Shown here: positions 1 to 11,600 of the stretch, piece after piece
Layout: each line of letters starts with the position of its first letter
How positions within the stretch are numbered: position 1 is the first letter of the stretch
NCBI GenBank assembly: GCA_040357565.1
Contig: JBDODJ010000104.1
Length of the DNA: 39,404 bases
Source: Cercozoa sp. M6MM
Lineage: Eukaryota > Protista > Endomyxa: Ascetosporea
Direction: 5' to 3' (one strand)
Program-made: the position numbers and the translations under genes
The notes under the pieces: model-generated
Database searches by the model: none
Seen by the model: only the letters and a program-made list of their open reading frames with translations
What the model was told of the DNA's origin: nothing

Positions 1-42
<42 letters not shown>
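1..42. repeat. (TA)n microsatellite, probably intronic
   Basis: Perfect TA dinucleotide run. Confidence 0.95.
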
Positions 43-46
<4 letters not shown>

Positions 47-760
47 ACTTATATAAATCAATACTAGATTGCTGAACTGAAGGAGTTACCGAAAGAATGT
101 CGGAAGCCACAACGGCTGCACACAGCAACGGCGCCAGAATCGCCGACACGCGGAAGGACCAGCGACGCAGCGTGTGATCGTTCAGTCCTGCCGAGGACGA
201 ACGAATTACCAGGTGGCAAGTCGTTAGTGCCGTGCCAACCAGCAACATCGATGCTGCATCCAGTAGAGCCTTGTGCACCTGCTTAATTGCAACAACACTT
301 CATCGCTAGAATTAAACCTTTAGTATCCTGCAGAATGTACCCAATGCGGATAGATATCGAGCACGCCATGAGGATCCACCGAACGAATCAGCAGTAAACA
401 GCATACGCAACAGCCGAATCGATGGAATGCGAACTTGAGCGACGGACGCGGAATCGGGTGTACTTTTTGAGCGTGTATCTGCTTCAACGTTGCGCTTAGT
501 TCAATTTTTAAAATCATAGTGGTTCCACTCAACTGAACTCTCAAAAGTAACAAGCTACCTGCACCAGAAAAAAGAATAGAAGCACAGACGATGCTGAGAC
601 CTGCAGTGCCTACAGTACAGTATGAATCGGGTACAGGTACAGAAATCTGTATCTTTAGTACTTGTTCAAGCAAGAAACGTGTGTCGACTTCGATCCAGTT
701 GTTGCTGCCCTCGTCGGCGGAAGCATCGCCGCTGACATGATCGTTGGGTGGTGTGCCCAT
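1..760 (-). CDS. Multi-pass membrane protein of unknown family (5' part; continues beyond the window start)
   Basis: ATG at 760 (MGTPPNDHVSGD...). Spliced exons give hydrophobic segments such as GLSIVCASILFSGA, FGCCVCCLLLIRSVDPHGVLDIYP and VHKALLDAASMLLVGTALTTCHL, separated by GT-AG introns. Confidence 0.55.
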
Positions 761-1139
761 CTCGAGCACCACGTGCACTCAAGTGCACGCACTAGTTAGA
801 GCACCAAGGGATGATGCCTCAAGGAAGAAGGTAGTCGGATGAAGAGTCAACAGGAACAAAATAATTTATAGTGACCGGCACGTCATTGACATGCTTGTTA
901 GATCTTCGGTCAATTTGCTGCACTGCGTGGTTTCTTGATGTCTTCTCGCAGGTTTTGTTCTTTAGTTGTTACTCAAAGACCGACTGGCGGACGAATTGTA
1001 AATCTTAATCTGTTGGGATTCAATCTGCTAAGAACAATGGGCAGGTGGCGGCCGTCCACTACTTGGCCTACCTTGATGGAACAATGGCGAAGAAGCCCGA
1101 AGGATAACTCCAGTGGAGGAAGCACTCATCCGACCGACC

Positions 1140-2169
1140 TCAGAAGGGACGGTTGTTGAAGAAGGGTCGCATTTCGGGTAGTGCGCGCACCTTGTGGAAC
1201 GTGCCCGCCACCGAGGGAGCGAGTGCTTCGAGTTCTTTCTTGGCCTTGGCGTCTTCTGGGGCCTACAGTGAAACAACGCGAGGTAATTCACAGAATACAG
1301 GTAGAAATATAAAAGTCGGAAGTTAATTTAGTACGCCCTTGAAGATGCCCTTGAGGTAATTCTCGGCCAGGAAGTGCACAGCCAAATCTCCGAGACTCAA
1401 GGAGCCGCCCACCACGAAGCTGTCGTTGTTCTGCATAGAACAGTTAAATTGCGACTAATTTACGGGGCGGAACGAAGTGTTCAAAAAACAATGGAAAAAA
1501 AGATGGTAAATTTATCGTTGCAGTAGTCCGGTATAATTCGCAGTACCGACTTGAGTTGCTTCAGGTAGTGTTCGAGCTCGCGCAGGCCCTGTGTGCTCCC
1601 GTGTGAAGCGTCTTTCAGGATGCTCTCGGCAGTGTGTGACTTCTGGAAGACGACGGCACCCACCATCGACTGCAGAATGTCGTTGCACTTGATCGTGAGC
1701 GCGTCACAGATTGCCGCGTCGACTTCATCTTTTCCAGCGTAGCCATAGCGGCGCGCCAGAAGGCCAGTGACGGCTGCAGTCTCGGGAATCGTGACACGGG
1801 TGCCGTCCGAGCGCTGCACTTTCAGCACCGGGACCTTGTGGAACGGCAGACTCTTCTTCTTTTCGGCCCATACGCGTCCGTGTTCCTAGTAAACGCACCA
1901 AGAATCTCTCGGAAGAAACTGAAAGGTAAGTTTAATATAAACTGCCTTTTAAACGAGTACCTCTTCAAAGAACGGAGTGTCATAAGCGTCTTCTTTGCAG
2001 TCGCACTGGTCACCCGCCAGTGACATCAGTGCACGTGCGCTCTCAGCACGGGCACGGTACTTGAAGTACCTACAGTATCATCACAGGGTAGAATTCAACC
2101 TGATGTTTTCGGACGACTGGGTTTAAAAGAAACCCACGAGAAGGTCAGCGGTTTCGGGGTCGACGACAT
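1140..2169 (-). CDS. Glutathione S-transferase (Tyr-type, sigma-like), 5 exons
   Basis: Spliced translation MSSTPKPLTFSYFKYRARAESARALMSLAG...SLPFHKVPVL...IPETAAVTGLLARRYGYAGKD...SFVVGGSLSLGDLAV...NNRPF*. It shows the catalytic YF/RAE motif, the cis-Pro VP motif, the GYAG linker and the FxVGxxLSxxD N-cap motif. Confidence 0.9.
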
Positions 2170-2588
2170 AACAACTTTAACGACGACACAGCTCTATCTT
2201 AGAGGTACGACTGCGAGTTTCACTGCAATTTCAACACAGTTTTAAGCCCTCAGCGGTGCCACAGGTTGACCGCTTGTGGTAATTTCGCCCAATTTATGTT
2301 CCAGTTCTTTCAGTTCAGCAATGGTACGAACGGAATTGCCACACATGAACGGAATTACCAAATATGTTCCTCGAGGCATGCGATGGCCGAGTTTGACAAC
2401 CGAACGAACACCACAGTCATGGTAAATTTACCGTGCGCGATTAACGGAAGTCGCCAAGTAAGTTTAAGTTTAGACAAACTAGACTAAACAGAACTGACCG
2501 GCGGAACGGAACGGAGCAGACCGGCGCGGAACATAGATACGATACATTTCGTCAACATCACATTGACAGTACTGTAAGTTTACGGTAG

Positions 2589-5500
2589 TCATCCCGTTGA
2601 CATGTCGTGGGCGCGTGGGCAGAGCACTGCGAGAACGAGCTCGATTTGTCGCTTCACACGGCGCCACTGGCGTTCCAGCAGGAACTGCTGTCTCTCAATG
2701 TCTCCGTTTTTCGACGTGATCGCTTTGCGCAAAGCGGCAACGGACTGCGCTGCCTGCGAAAAACGCTGCAGTCGACGCATGAACTCGCTTTCAGAGCTTT
2801 CTTCTGTCGAAGAGAAGAGAACTTAAGAAAGTAAAAGCAATCGGTAGTGGTACCGTGCTTTCCGAACAGTCGTTCGTAGACAGTGAGGACGCAACGCTTG
2901 ATGTGCGAATCGAAATCTAAAGCACATTAACAGCATCATAGATGAAACAGAAACAGTGATGACTGAGGCACCTTTCTGAGTGGTGGCGGTTTGTGCAAGT
3001 GCCAGTGAGTCAGAGACGACTGTGAGTGACCACATGGCATGACTCATCAGCAAGTGCTGCACGGTGAGGAGACGAGCCACACAGAGTGCAATGTCGTTAT
3101 CTGTTGTGAAACAGCAACCATGCGTGTGCGCACGTGCGAAACGCAGACGATTCAGAGCGTCACGTGCGTGCAACAACCGCGCCAGAGCGTCTATGATACT
3201 GCTCAGTCGTTTCTGAAGCTGTTCTGGAAGATGTGACACCTGCACACGCATGGTTGCTGTTTCACAACAGGAGGAATAAAGTCCAAATGAGTCTCAAAAA
3301 AAAGGTACAGGTGTTACCGTGCTTAAAATCACCATCGCCAGACATGCTTTCGTCACTGTGAATGACCAATCGTGCACCACGTACGTTCAGATCATCACTA
3401 AGGGCCGCGCGTGCCAACTCGCCGTCAGTCAACGACGCTGCCTCACCTGCGACAGGAGTGACTTGCGATATGCGGAGCAACGTGTCGTCACGTGCACTCA
3501 ACAACGATAGCAGCAGTCTAATCAACTGCGCACGTGCGACAGTCTGTCGCTCCGAGTGGAACACGTGCCACTTTGCAGTGTCAAGCCGATGCCGCACGGT
3601 GCGGCCCACCTCCCTGATGCATCGATCGACCGATTCGGTCAGTTGTTCGTGCTCATTGTCTGTGATATCAATGGCACAGTCTACGTCGCCAATGGTGCCA
3701 CACAGCACGTGAAACACAGTGTCAATGCACCGCCGCAGTTGTTGCTGCGACTCATAAATCGCCAGGTTGCGACTTTCGTCAATTTCTTCACAGAAAAACA
3801 AAGAATTCACTTAAACTTCCGCGAAATTTCAAAAGAAATACCTAGATTCGGCGAAATTTCGCTCAATTCCATCGAACTCGCGAAGAGCTCGCTCGAAGAA
3901 GGCAAGTAACTTCCCTCATCGCTTTCGTCGCTTTCGTCATCGCCAAACACGAGTCGCATCGCGTGTGCGTTGTGTTTGGTGCACAGGCGCGGACTGAATG
4001 CCTGTTGGACAGCAAAAAAACTGACACAGCATTTGTACACTTCAAATGCTCGTAAAGTACATGCAACGTGACGCGGTCGACAAGTGCAGAAATGCGGAGA
4101 AACGCGTCCGCGCGGATGCATTGCGCCAAAATATGACCAGACGATCGCAAATACCGCAAATCGGAAACGCTCGTTGCGTCACCCTTGAGGATTGCGTTTA
4201 CGATGTTACTGGGTGGAAGGCGAATCTGCAATGACCAGTTAGGTGAATAAGCTTCGAAAATAACGATGTAAGTTAAACTCACAGCAGCTCGACGTATGTA
4301 GCAAATGAGAGCAATGAGCGTTTCTCGAGCTTTCGTAATATTTCCGCTGTCGTTGTGCAGCAACGTCGTCAATTCAGGCACCAGAGCAGTCAATGCAACG
4401 TGTGTCTGGACACCAGGAACACTCAAAAGCACAAAAAAGAAATCGATCATTAAACAAAAAGTAGCGAATTTACAGGTACAAGTTGATTCGCGAGCAATGT
4501 GATCGAATGTCGGTTACTCTGTCGGCTATCTTCAAGACAGCGATCAGTTGTAGTGCACAGTATGGCACGTGTCACTCGCAACAGCACAGACAATGACGGT
4601 TGCAACCACGTGTCCATCAGTGTTTGTCGTGCCTGCCCCCAACCAAAATTATGACCCATACCTCCTGTTTGTTGAAGGGTACCTCGCGAAGTAGCGTAGC
4701 CACGTGCAAAATGATCTGCATGGCATTGAGTTGGTAGTCAGAGTGATCGCTGCTGTGACCTTGATAGGTGTAGCGCTGTCGCTGCTCGCAGTAGTACAGG
4801 TTTGCACTCATCGGTTCTTGCGATTGAGGCGTTTCGTCGCACAGCGAAATCAGCACGTCACACATCTCGCGTATCGCACCTGGACAAAAAAAAAGTTCAG
4901 AGCATCTAAAGAGCAAAGCCCGTCCAATTTTCTTACAAGGAGCAGCGACAATGGGTGGCTTTCGGGTGCTTTCAAATGAGATCATGTCGAGTTCACTTTC
5001 GCTGCTTTTACTGTTCGTGTTGATCGTGGCGTTAGAGTTTTCAATATTGTGGTCGCCAACTCCGTTGGTAGTTTGCTTGCGTTCACTGCTTTCATTATCA
5101 CTGATATCTTCAACCTCACTGTCGTCACTGTCGTCCACAAGCGACCGTCGGTACTCTTGCTCCCACTGTCTACAACACTTATGCATAGCGTATGTATTAT
5201 TATATTGTCAGTGAATAATGATACAAGTAGTCAGAATCAGGTGGTTCCAATATCCGTGCGGCATCACTTAGCACTCGATCGAATGCGCCGCTCACATCAT
5301 CGGCAGTCCCAAAGTCACTCTCCAGGTCAACTGTCGCACAAGCATATTTAACACACGAACTGTACAGACAGACGTACCTTCATGCGGCTTCTGCAGTCTC
5401 AGTAAAACAGCAAACGGTGCCGAAAAATGGTCGATTTCAGTTCTTGCGATTTTCTTTGTGGCCAAAGGAGTATTTTTTCAAGTGTCAAACAACAAAGTTC

Positions 5501-5868
5501 CTGATACTTTTGTACGCACGAGTGCGCGTGCCTTTTCGACGACATTGCGCACAACAGTTGCCCTCCTTGGCATTTGCCTCACTTCCATTGCCTAAGATAC
5601 CTTCTTTTTAAGCAAAACAACGCAATCCACAGAGTTGAGACACCTCAGCAACACGCAAAAGGGTTCGAAATGTCTGTTGTGCAGCCTGGCGTCCTTCCGG
5701 CGCTGTTTTCAACGAGTTTGCACATTTCTGGGTAACGTAACACTGGTAAAGAAAGGTAAAATGACGGAAAGGGACTATCAAAACCTTGAGACGTTCAGAG
5801 GACAAATCTGGGGCGAACTCGCGCAAAAACGAGAGAATCGCGCGATTTCTCTCTTCGAGCAAACTCAT
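2589..5868 (-). CDS. Large hypothetical helical protein with acidic linkers (about 15 exons)
   Basis: ATG at 5868 (MSLLEERNRAILSFLREF...). Successive minus-strand exons join in frame through GT-AG introns, including a 13-nt microexon near 5378-5390, and end ...HDMSTG* at 2589. No family motif recognised. Confidence 0.6.
3101..3270. repeat. Perfect 29-bp inverted repeat with a 112-bp spacer
   Basis: 3101-3129 CTGTTGTGAAACAGCAACCATGCGTGTGC is the exact reverse complement of 3242-3270 GCACACGCATGGTTGCTGTTTCACAACAG. Confidence 0.97.
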
Positions 5869-6147
5869 GCTGCCGAATACTGCAACCTCTTAGATATGTG
5901 CGCGTGTTCACAGATAACACTGTAGAAATAGCACTCGCATGCGTTGCATGATTGCTCACAAGGACGGCAGGACCCTTTTGGTTTCTTCGCCAACCCTGCA
6001 TGATTTTCGACAGCGCACGTGCAAAAAAAAAAACAATATGCCGTGCTGGCTTGTGCTTTCTCGGACTTCGATTGTCGGTTTTACTTGTGCTTGAACAGTT
6101 CCTCTGGGAGATACTGCTCAAAACAGGTTCTAACGATGCGCTTGCCT

Positions 6148-7130
6148 ATGAAACTCGCTTTGCTGGGAATAGTTTTGCTCACCCGAATAGTTAGCGCCTC
6201 TAAGAAGACGGTAGATAGCGCCTTGATTTATTCTCAGTTTTTGAGTCAGTAAATTCTCGGTGTTTTCTTTTTGAGTTGCAGTTCATCGTGTATGACGATC
6301 TCGACAAGTCGTGTCGCGAGTGTCCATCTCCGGATGACATAGATCCCGGTGAACGATGGGATTTCAAGTTGTGCGGAGCGAGAGCTAACATCAATGCGTG
6401 TTTGGAAAGCAAATGCACGCAACTAACTTGGAAGCGCAAGTGGTTGCAGCGACGTCCTTGGAAACTCAAGTTTGACCCAGTGTGGACAAAGGAGAAGTGT
6501 CGAGATCGAGCTGCCCAAAGCACAGCAGACCTCAGTCCTGGAAAAGTAGTGAAACAGCCTTGGTACCGACGACCCGGAATTGTGCTCGTGGTTGCGTAAG
6601 TTTCGTTTTTCCTCTCATTTGCATTTGTTCTACACCCCTACTGGTACTCTTTTACTGGATGGTTTAGAAAGGACGCATCGACGAAGATAGCGGCGCCAGA
6701 GAGCTGCTCGGTGTGCGCCTTCACCAATGTCAGGCCGGAAAGCGAAAGCCGCTCTACCGTAATCAAGCACCTGGAACAAGCAGTGCAAACAATGTGCGAC
6801 ACTCGTGGCGCCAAAGTCGGCAAAGTCAGGACCAAACATCAAAATGACAAATGTCTTCAGAAACTCCAGGCATCGAAGAAGTACTCAAACAACTCAATCA
6901 AGTGTCGACTCAAAAGTTCGCATACGTTCGCGTCGACTTGCGCCGCAAGCACGGCACAAAAAGATGGAATCGGCAGGTGTGCCACGACCTTGGAAAAACC
7001 GCCTGGTGTCACATCGTACTCCTACGACTCGATGCATGTCAGATGCACGCATGTGGAGGAGCTGCCGTTTGACAAGTGCAGCGCAAAGGCTTGCGAGCCG
7101 TATCTAAAACGTCTAGCAAAATCGATATAG
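6148..7130 (+). CDS. Secreted cysteine-rich protein (about 280 aa, 3 exons)
   Basis: Signal-peptide-like N-terminus MKLALLGIVLLTRIVSA. Two GT-AG introns join FIVYDDLDKSCREC... and KDASTKIAAPESCSVC... in frame. 16 Cys. Confidence 0.75.
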
Positions 7131-7241
7131 GCCGACGTTCGACAGCAACGTTAGCTAGCTATTGTCAGTGCAGACGCGACAAGATTACACGCTCGACAGT
7201 ATTCATTTTTATTGTACGGGATGCACATCGCGCTGATTTAG

Positions 7242-8158
7242 CTATGCTTTCCTGCGGCACTTCTGCTTGGCGTTCCAGTCGACGAAGCGGGCGATGCGCG
7301 GGTGCTCGAGCAGTAAAGCGACAGTGTGGTAATGTACGGCGAGCGATAGATTGCTCTCGGCGCTGTGTACGGCCGAGTGGCATGCGCGGCACTGCCAGAT
7401 CGATTCAAATGAACAACATACGGGTAGAACTTGGGTTGCGGTACAATCATGGTGCCGTAGTTGAGTAGTCGCTGCTTGTCGTTGCGTGCCGGTGGGCAAA
7501 GATCTACGAGGTGTGCGTAACGCTTCAGAACTTGGTCGTGCACCTCTGCATTGGGCAAGCAAAATTAAAAATCCACGTGAGTGCAGGAGAGGCCAGGTAC
7601 CCTTGGGAATCAGGTGGTGGAACGTGAGCTTGACGTCGCGCTTGCACATCTCGCACGTGCCGTCCTGCCACTCACGTTCAGAGTCGTCAGAGTCTTCCTC
7701 CTGCTGCTGCGCGAGGTAGCGCTCGAACACCTCGGTATCAAAGGCGTCAACGTCGTCGAGTGCCTGGCCGATCACGATGGCGTTGTCGCTCTCGGCATCG
7801 AGTGCTGCGCCGATGCTGCCGTGACTGGTGCTGCTGTGACTGGTGCTGTTGTGACTGGTGCTGTGCTTGGTGCTGTGGCTATTGTCTTGACTGGCGCTTT
7901 GGCTGCTGTCATTTTTCAGCAGCGCGCCAAGTCGCTCCATGCATAGGCACATGGCGTCTTCGGCAGCACCAAAGTCGCGCAGCATGTCGCTCACCTGCTC
8001 CAGCGCGCCTTCCTCGCCGTCAAGCAGAATACTTGCACAGTACTCGGCGTAGCCTTCATCGTCACACAACTGCATATACACACAACTACATATACCATTG
8101 TGCATTTTCGACCAAGAGCGCTTCGCACCAAACCGATCTCTCGCACCAAGGCGTCCAT
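7242..8158 (-). CDS. HNH-fold zinc-binding protein (YisB-like) with an acidic N-terminal region, 4 exons
   Basis: Spliced C-terminus TCEMCKRDVKLTFHHLIPKEVH...GTMICRACHSAVH... gives the CxxC, HH(L)IP, CxxCHxxxH pattern of the HNH fold. Start MDALVREIG at 8158. Confidence 0.8.
7821..7877. repeat. 15-bp coding tandem repeat (about 3.8 copies; HSTS/HNSTS)
   Basis: GTGACTGGTGCTG(C/T)(T/G) repeated. Confidence 0.9.
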
Positions 8159-8672
8159 TCCGTATCAAAGGAAAACACAAGATACAATACGATCTAGTGC
8201 TTTGAGAGGCAGAATAGAAGCTTCGTGGTGCTTGGCATGTTCTTGTAGCCACCTTTGGCTACTGCTTGACCGTTAAATAACTCCAATATTAACGAAACTG
8301 AACCCCCCCCCCCCCCCAATCGTAATTATGTTGCCAAAGAAGCCGAAATCTTCCTCCAATATTACGATTTGCTACGATTACTGTCTGGAGTCCACACGAT
8401 TTATGAGTATGAGGGCCAAAAAGTACAATTCGGTATGCCAATAAGCAGAGAAATTAAGTCAAAGAGTCGACAGCGTGGGTGATTATGTTGCGTTGTGTCA
8501 GCTATTGTGCATGCTGTGGGTGTCGAGTCGTTTCAGTCAAACTATCATTGTTTCATGTCCGATCGTTTCACGGTGGGAGCAGAAGCAGTCAGTCACGTCA
8601 TGTGTCAGTGTTTGTCACTATAAATCAGGGAGGGCCAGACAGCACGTGTGCATGTGTGGGTGCGCGCAAGTT

Positions 8673-11600
8673 TCACACGTCGATGGCGAGTGCGAGGTTC
8701 GACGGCAGGAGCCACGGGAAGTGGAAGTAACCCGCGGCTTCGAGATCGGCGTTGCGTGCCTCCATCACTTGCGCCATCTCGTCGGTCTCGCTCAGCAGGT
8801 TGGCACGTGCGCGCAGCAGCAGGCGCCTCTCATGTCGCGCTGCATTACATGTGAGGTAAGGAGTATAAGGGCCAAAGAGCGAAACAAAGATTGGGTACTG
8901 CTGCCATCGTCGCGAATAGGTAGACCATCCATCGCCTCGACATCGCCACGCCAGTCCTCCAGACGACCGTTCGGCGGCACCGACAGTACGCGCGCACTCT
9001 GCCACCAAGCTATGATAGGAGAGGGCACGGGGAGGGAAAACGTGAGATACCTGGATGGTGTGCACCGTGCGCGGCACATCGGCAATGGCCTGCACCATGT
9101 ACTTCTCCGAGAGCGCCGAGTGCGCTGCCGCCGGCGGGAACGGCAGCGTCTGGAACAGCGGCCGCGTCGGCGGGTACGCGTAGAACTAAGGCCAAAACTC
9201 ACGTCATCAAGGAAGGAGGCGGGTGTGTAAACTGAACGTACATCGTATTGCGCAAAGTTAACCGCACTGTGCTGTGCCATGCCTGTTGACACATGGGGAA
9301 GTATAAACGGGGTTGTGGTACAGGGTAAGCAGCAAGGTACTCTGGAACAAAAAGTGCGCGATAAAGTCGACCGTCAGCGGTCGAGATGCGCAGGTAGGCA
9401 GGTCGGCAAACAGCGACGACACCTCACGCAACTCGCGCAACAGCTGTGTCAGCAACACGCTGCTCGTCGCGCGGCCGTCCTTCTGTTTCAATCCATCACA
9501 AGGTCCAGAGGGTAGGGTAAGTGGTAACACAAGGTATACCTGCAGGAACAAATCCTCTGACGTGTTGCTGCACTCTTCTGGCAGACCCGGCCACACAAAG
9601 TCCACTAGTTGCCGCGCGTACTGGAAAGGGGCAAAACGAGTAAAGGTCACGGACAAGATCGATCGGCAGGTACGCGATGCAGGGCGTCATAGACACGTGT
9701 GCCGTCCTCGAGGTAGGCAAAGTGCCACGGGTAGTCATCTATACACTCAAGGGGTAACTACCCAACCGATACTCCCTTCAGTGCCAAGTACCAGAAGAGC
9801 CGTTCTTCTCATCGAAAACAAAGCCACGGCGCTTCATGCGCTCCGGGAAACTCGCACTCAAGAAACGCCAGCCTTCGCTCCCTTCCTCGCCTGCGAGATA
9901 TCACATACTTTACTGAATGATATCTTTGTAGAAACGAGTACCCGGGAGAGGCATGCGGTCGCCGTGCGCAAAGAAAGCGTCAATGATCTGGAGTGCACCA
10001 CGGGCGCCTGCCGACGACACTTCGTCAAACATGCCGTGTCGCACCAGCAGCTACGGGGGGGGGGGGGGGTAGAGGATAAGATAGAACCAGGATGAAAGGA
10101 AACAGGGTGGTACAGTCTTGCGTCCGAGGTCGTTGATAGCGACAGCACCGGAGCAGTGCTCACCGAGAGCCAACATGCCTCGACGCGCCTCTCGCTGCAG
10201 GGCCTCTCGCCACGCCTCCAGTGGCTGCGAATGTCGCACCGACGGGTACCGCTGTAGGTGCTGGTCCAACAGGTGCTCCACCTAGGAGGCGACGAGGTAA
10301 CAGTTGGAGGCGAGGCAAAGTGGCAAAGGTACGGTCTCCTCGTCTGAAGCCATCTCTTCAAACACGCGGTGCAGCAGCACCACCACTGGCTCCAGCGCGA
10401 GGTGCGTGTCGCCAAGGTGCGAAGCGAACTCGTGCACATGCGCGTCAGCCACCATTGTGCAACTAAAGGATGTAGTGGTAACGAACGGTGAAGCAGACAA
10501 GGAGAAAACAGCTCGAGTACATCTTGGCAAAGGTCCAGGCGTTGTCGTTTTCGTTGCGCCAGACGAGTTGTGGCTCGTGTCCGTGGTGTTCGCGGCGTGC
10601 CTCAGGAACCGCGCCCGACACGATCTGAATCGCCACGGGCATCAACTCGCGCCTGGCGTCCATCACAAACAGCACGGCCGGTGCGTGCACCACCCTGTTA
10701 CAGGGAAGGGTAGAGGGGGTGTAAATGAGGAGGTTAACGGGGCAACAGATGGGTACCGTCCATGCAGCGGATCAGCCATTGAGGTGAGCGCCAAATCGGC
10801 CACAAAGATTCGGCCTTGCTCCACCGACTGTTTCAGGTTAATCTCTTGCTCCAAGCGTTTCTCATCCTCTCTGATGGGGTACGGGGTAACGGGCAAACGA
10901 AAGCAGAGGGGCAGCAAGCTAAAATACTCAGACAGACGCATGAGTTGCTGCACTTCGAGCAGGGACATGGCACGACGCAACACGACCGGATTGATGCCAG
11001 CCACCTGTGTGAAACGTTGCTTTCACTCGAAGGCACACAAAAATTGAAGAAAAGTGTACAAACTGGTGCGCCCAGAGTCGGTCATCGTACAGCTTGTCCA
11101 CGCCAAACAACTGCTCACACACATAACGTACTAGTGCGGACATAGAGGGGATTGTATTTGATACCAGAGGTTTCTGAAGCTGCGCATGGAATGCATGCGA
11201 CGCGAACAGCTGTGAAAATCGAAACAATCTCACAAACCCAGAAAACAAAAACACAAAACACAAACTGGAACGTAAAAAACAGAAACATTGATTCAAAAAA
11301 CCTGAGTGTAGTCTTCCAGAGAGCTGAACGCGTCACGACTCAGCGAACTCTCCGGGCGCAACCTACATGTGCCAAAAATCCCCAAACACCCGCAAATATG
11401 CTTTTTTGGCGGAACTGACCACAAAAACTCGCCACGCACATTCTCGAGGACAATTCGAAAAAGCTGAACGGCGTTGTGTGCTGTCCAATAGCTGTGGGAT
11501 GCCGGCACGTGTTTCACTGCGCAGCTCACGCACACAAATCACATTCGATCACACGGCGAGTGACTGGAGTAAATTTACCGTGGGGGGCAAGATGACGATG

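Noticed and set aside
1060-1142. Read-through or selenocysteine at the GST TGA (the frame stays open for 23 more codons)
   Set aside because: The GST ends at the normal position after the RP motif, no SECIS-like element is visible, and other genes use TGA as a stop.
3101-3270. MITE interpretation of the 29-bp inverted repeat
   Set aside because: No target-site duplication, and the interior reads as in-frame exon.
9313-11047. Long plus-strand ORFs (260 aa and 247 aa) and similar entries in the ORF track
   Set aside because: They are antisense shadows of GC-rich lipoxygenase exons with no recognisable motifs.
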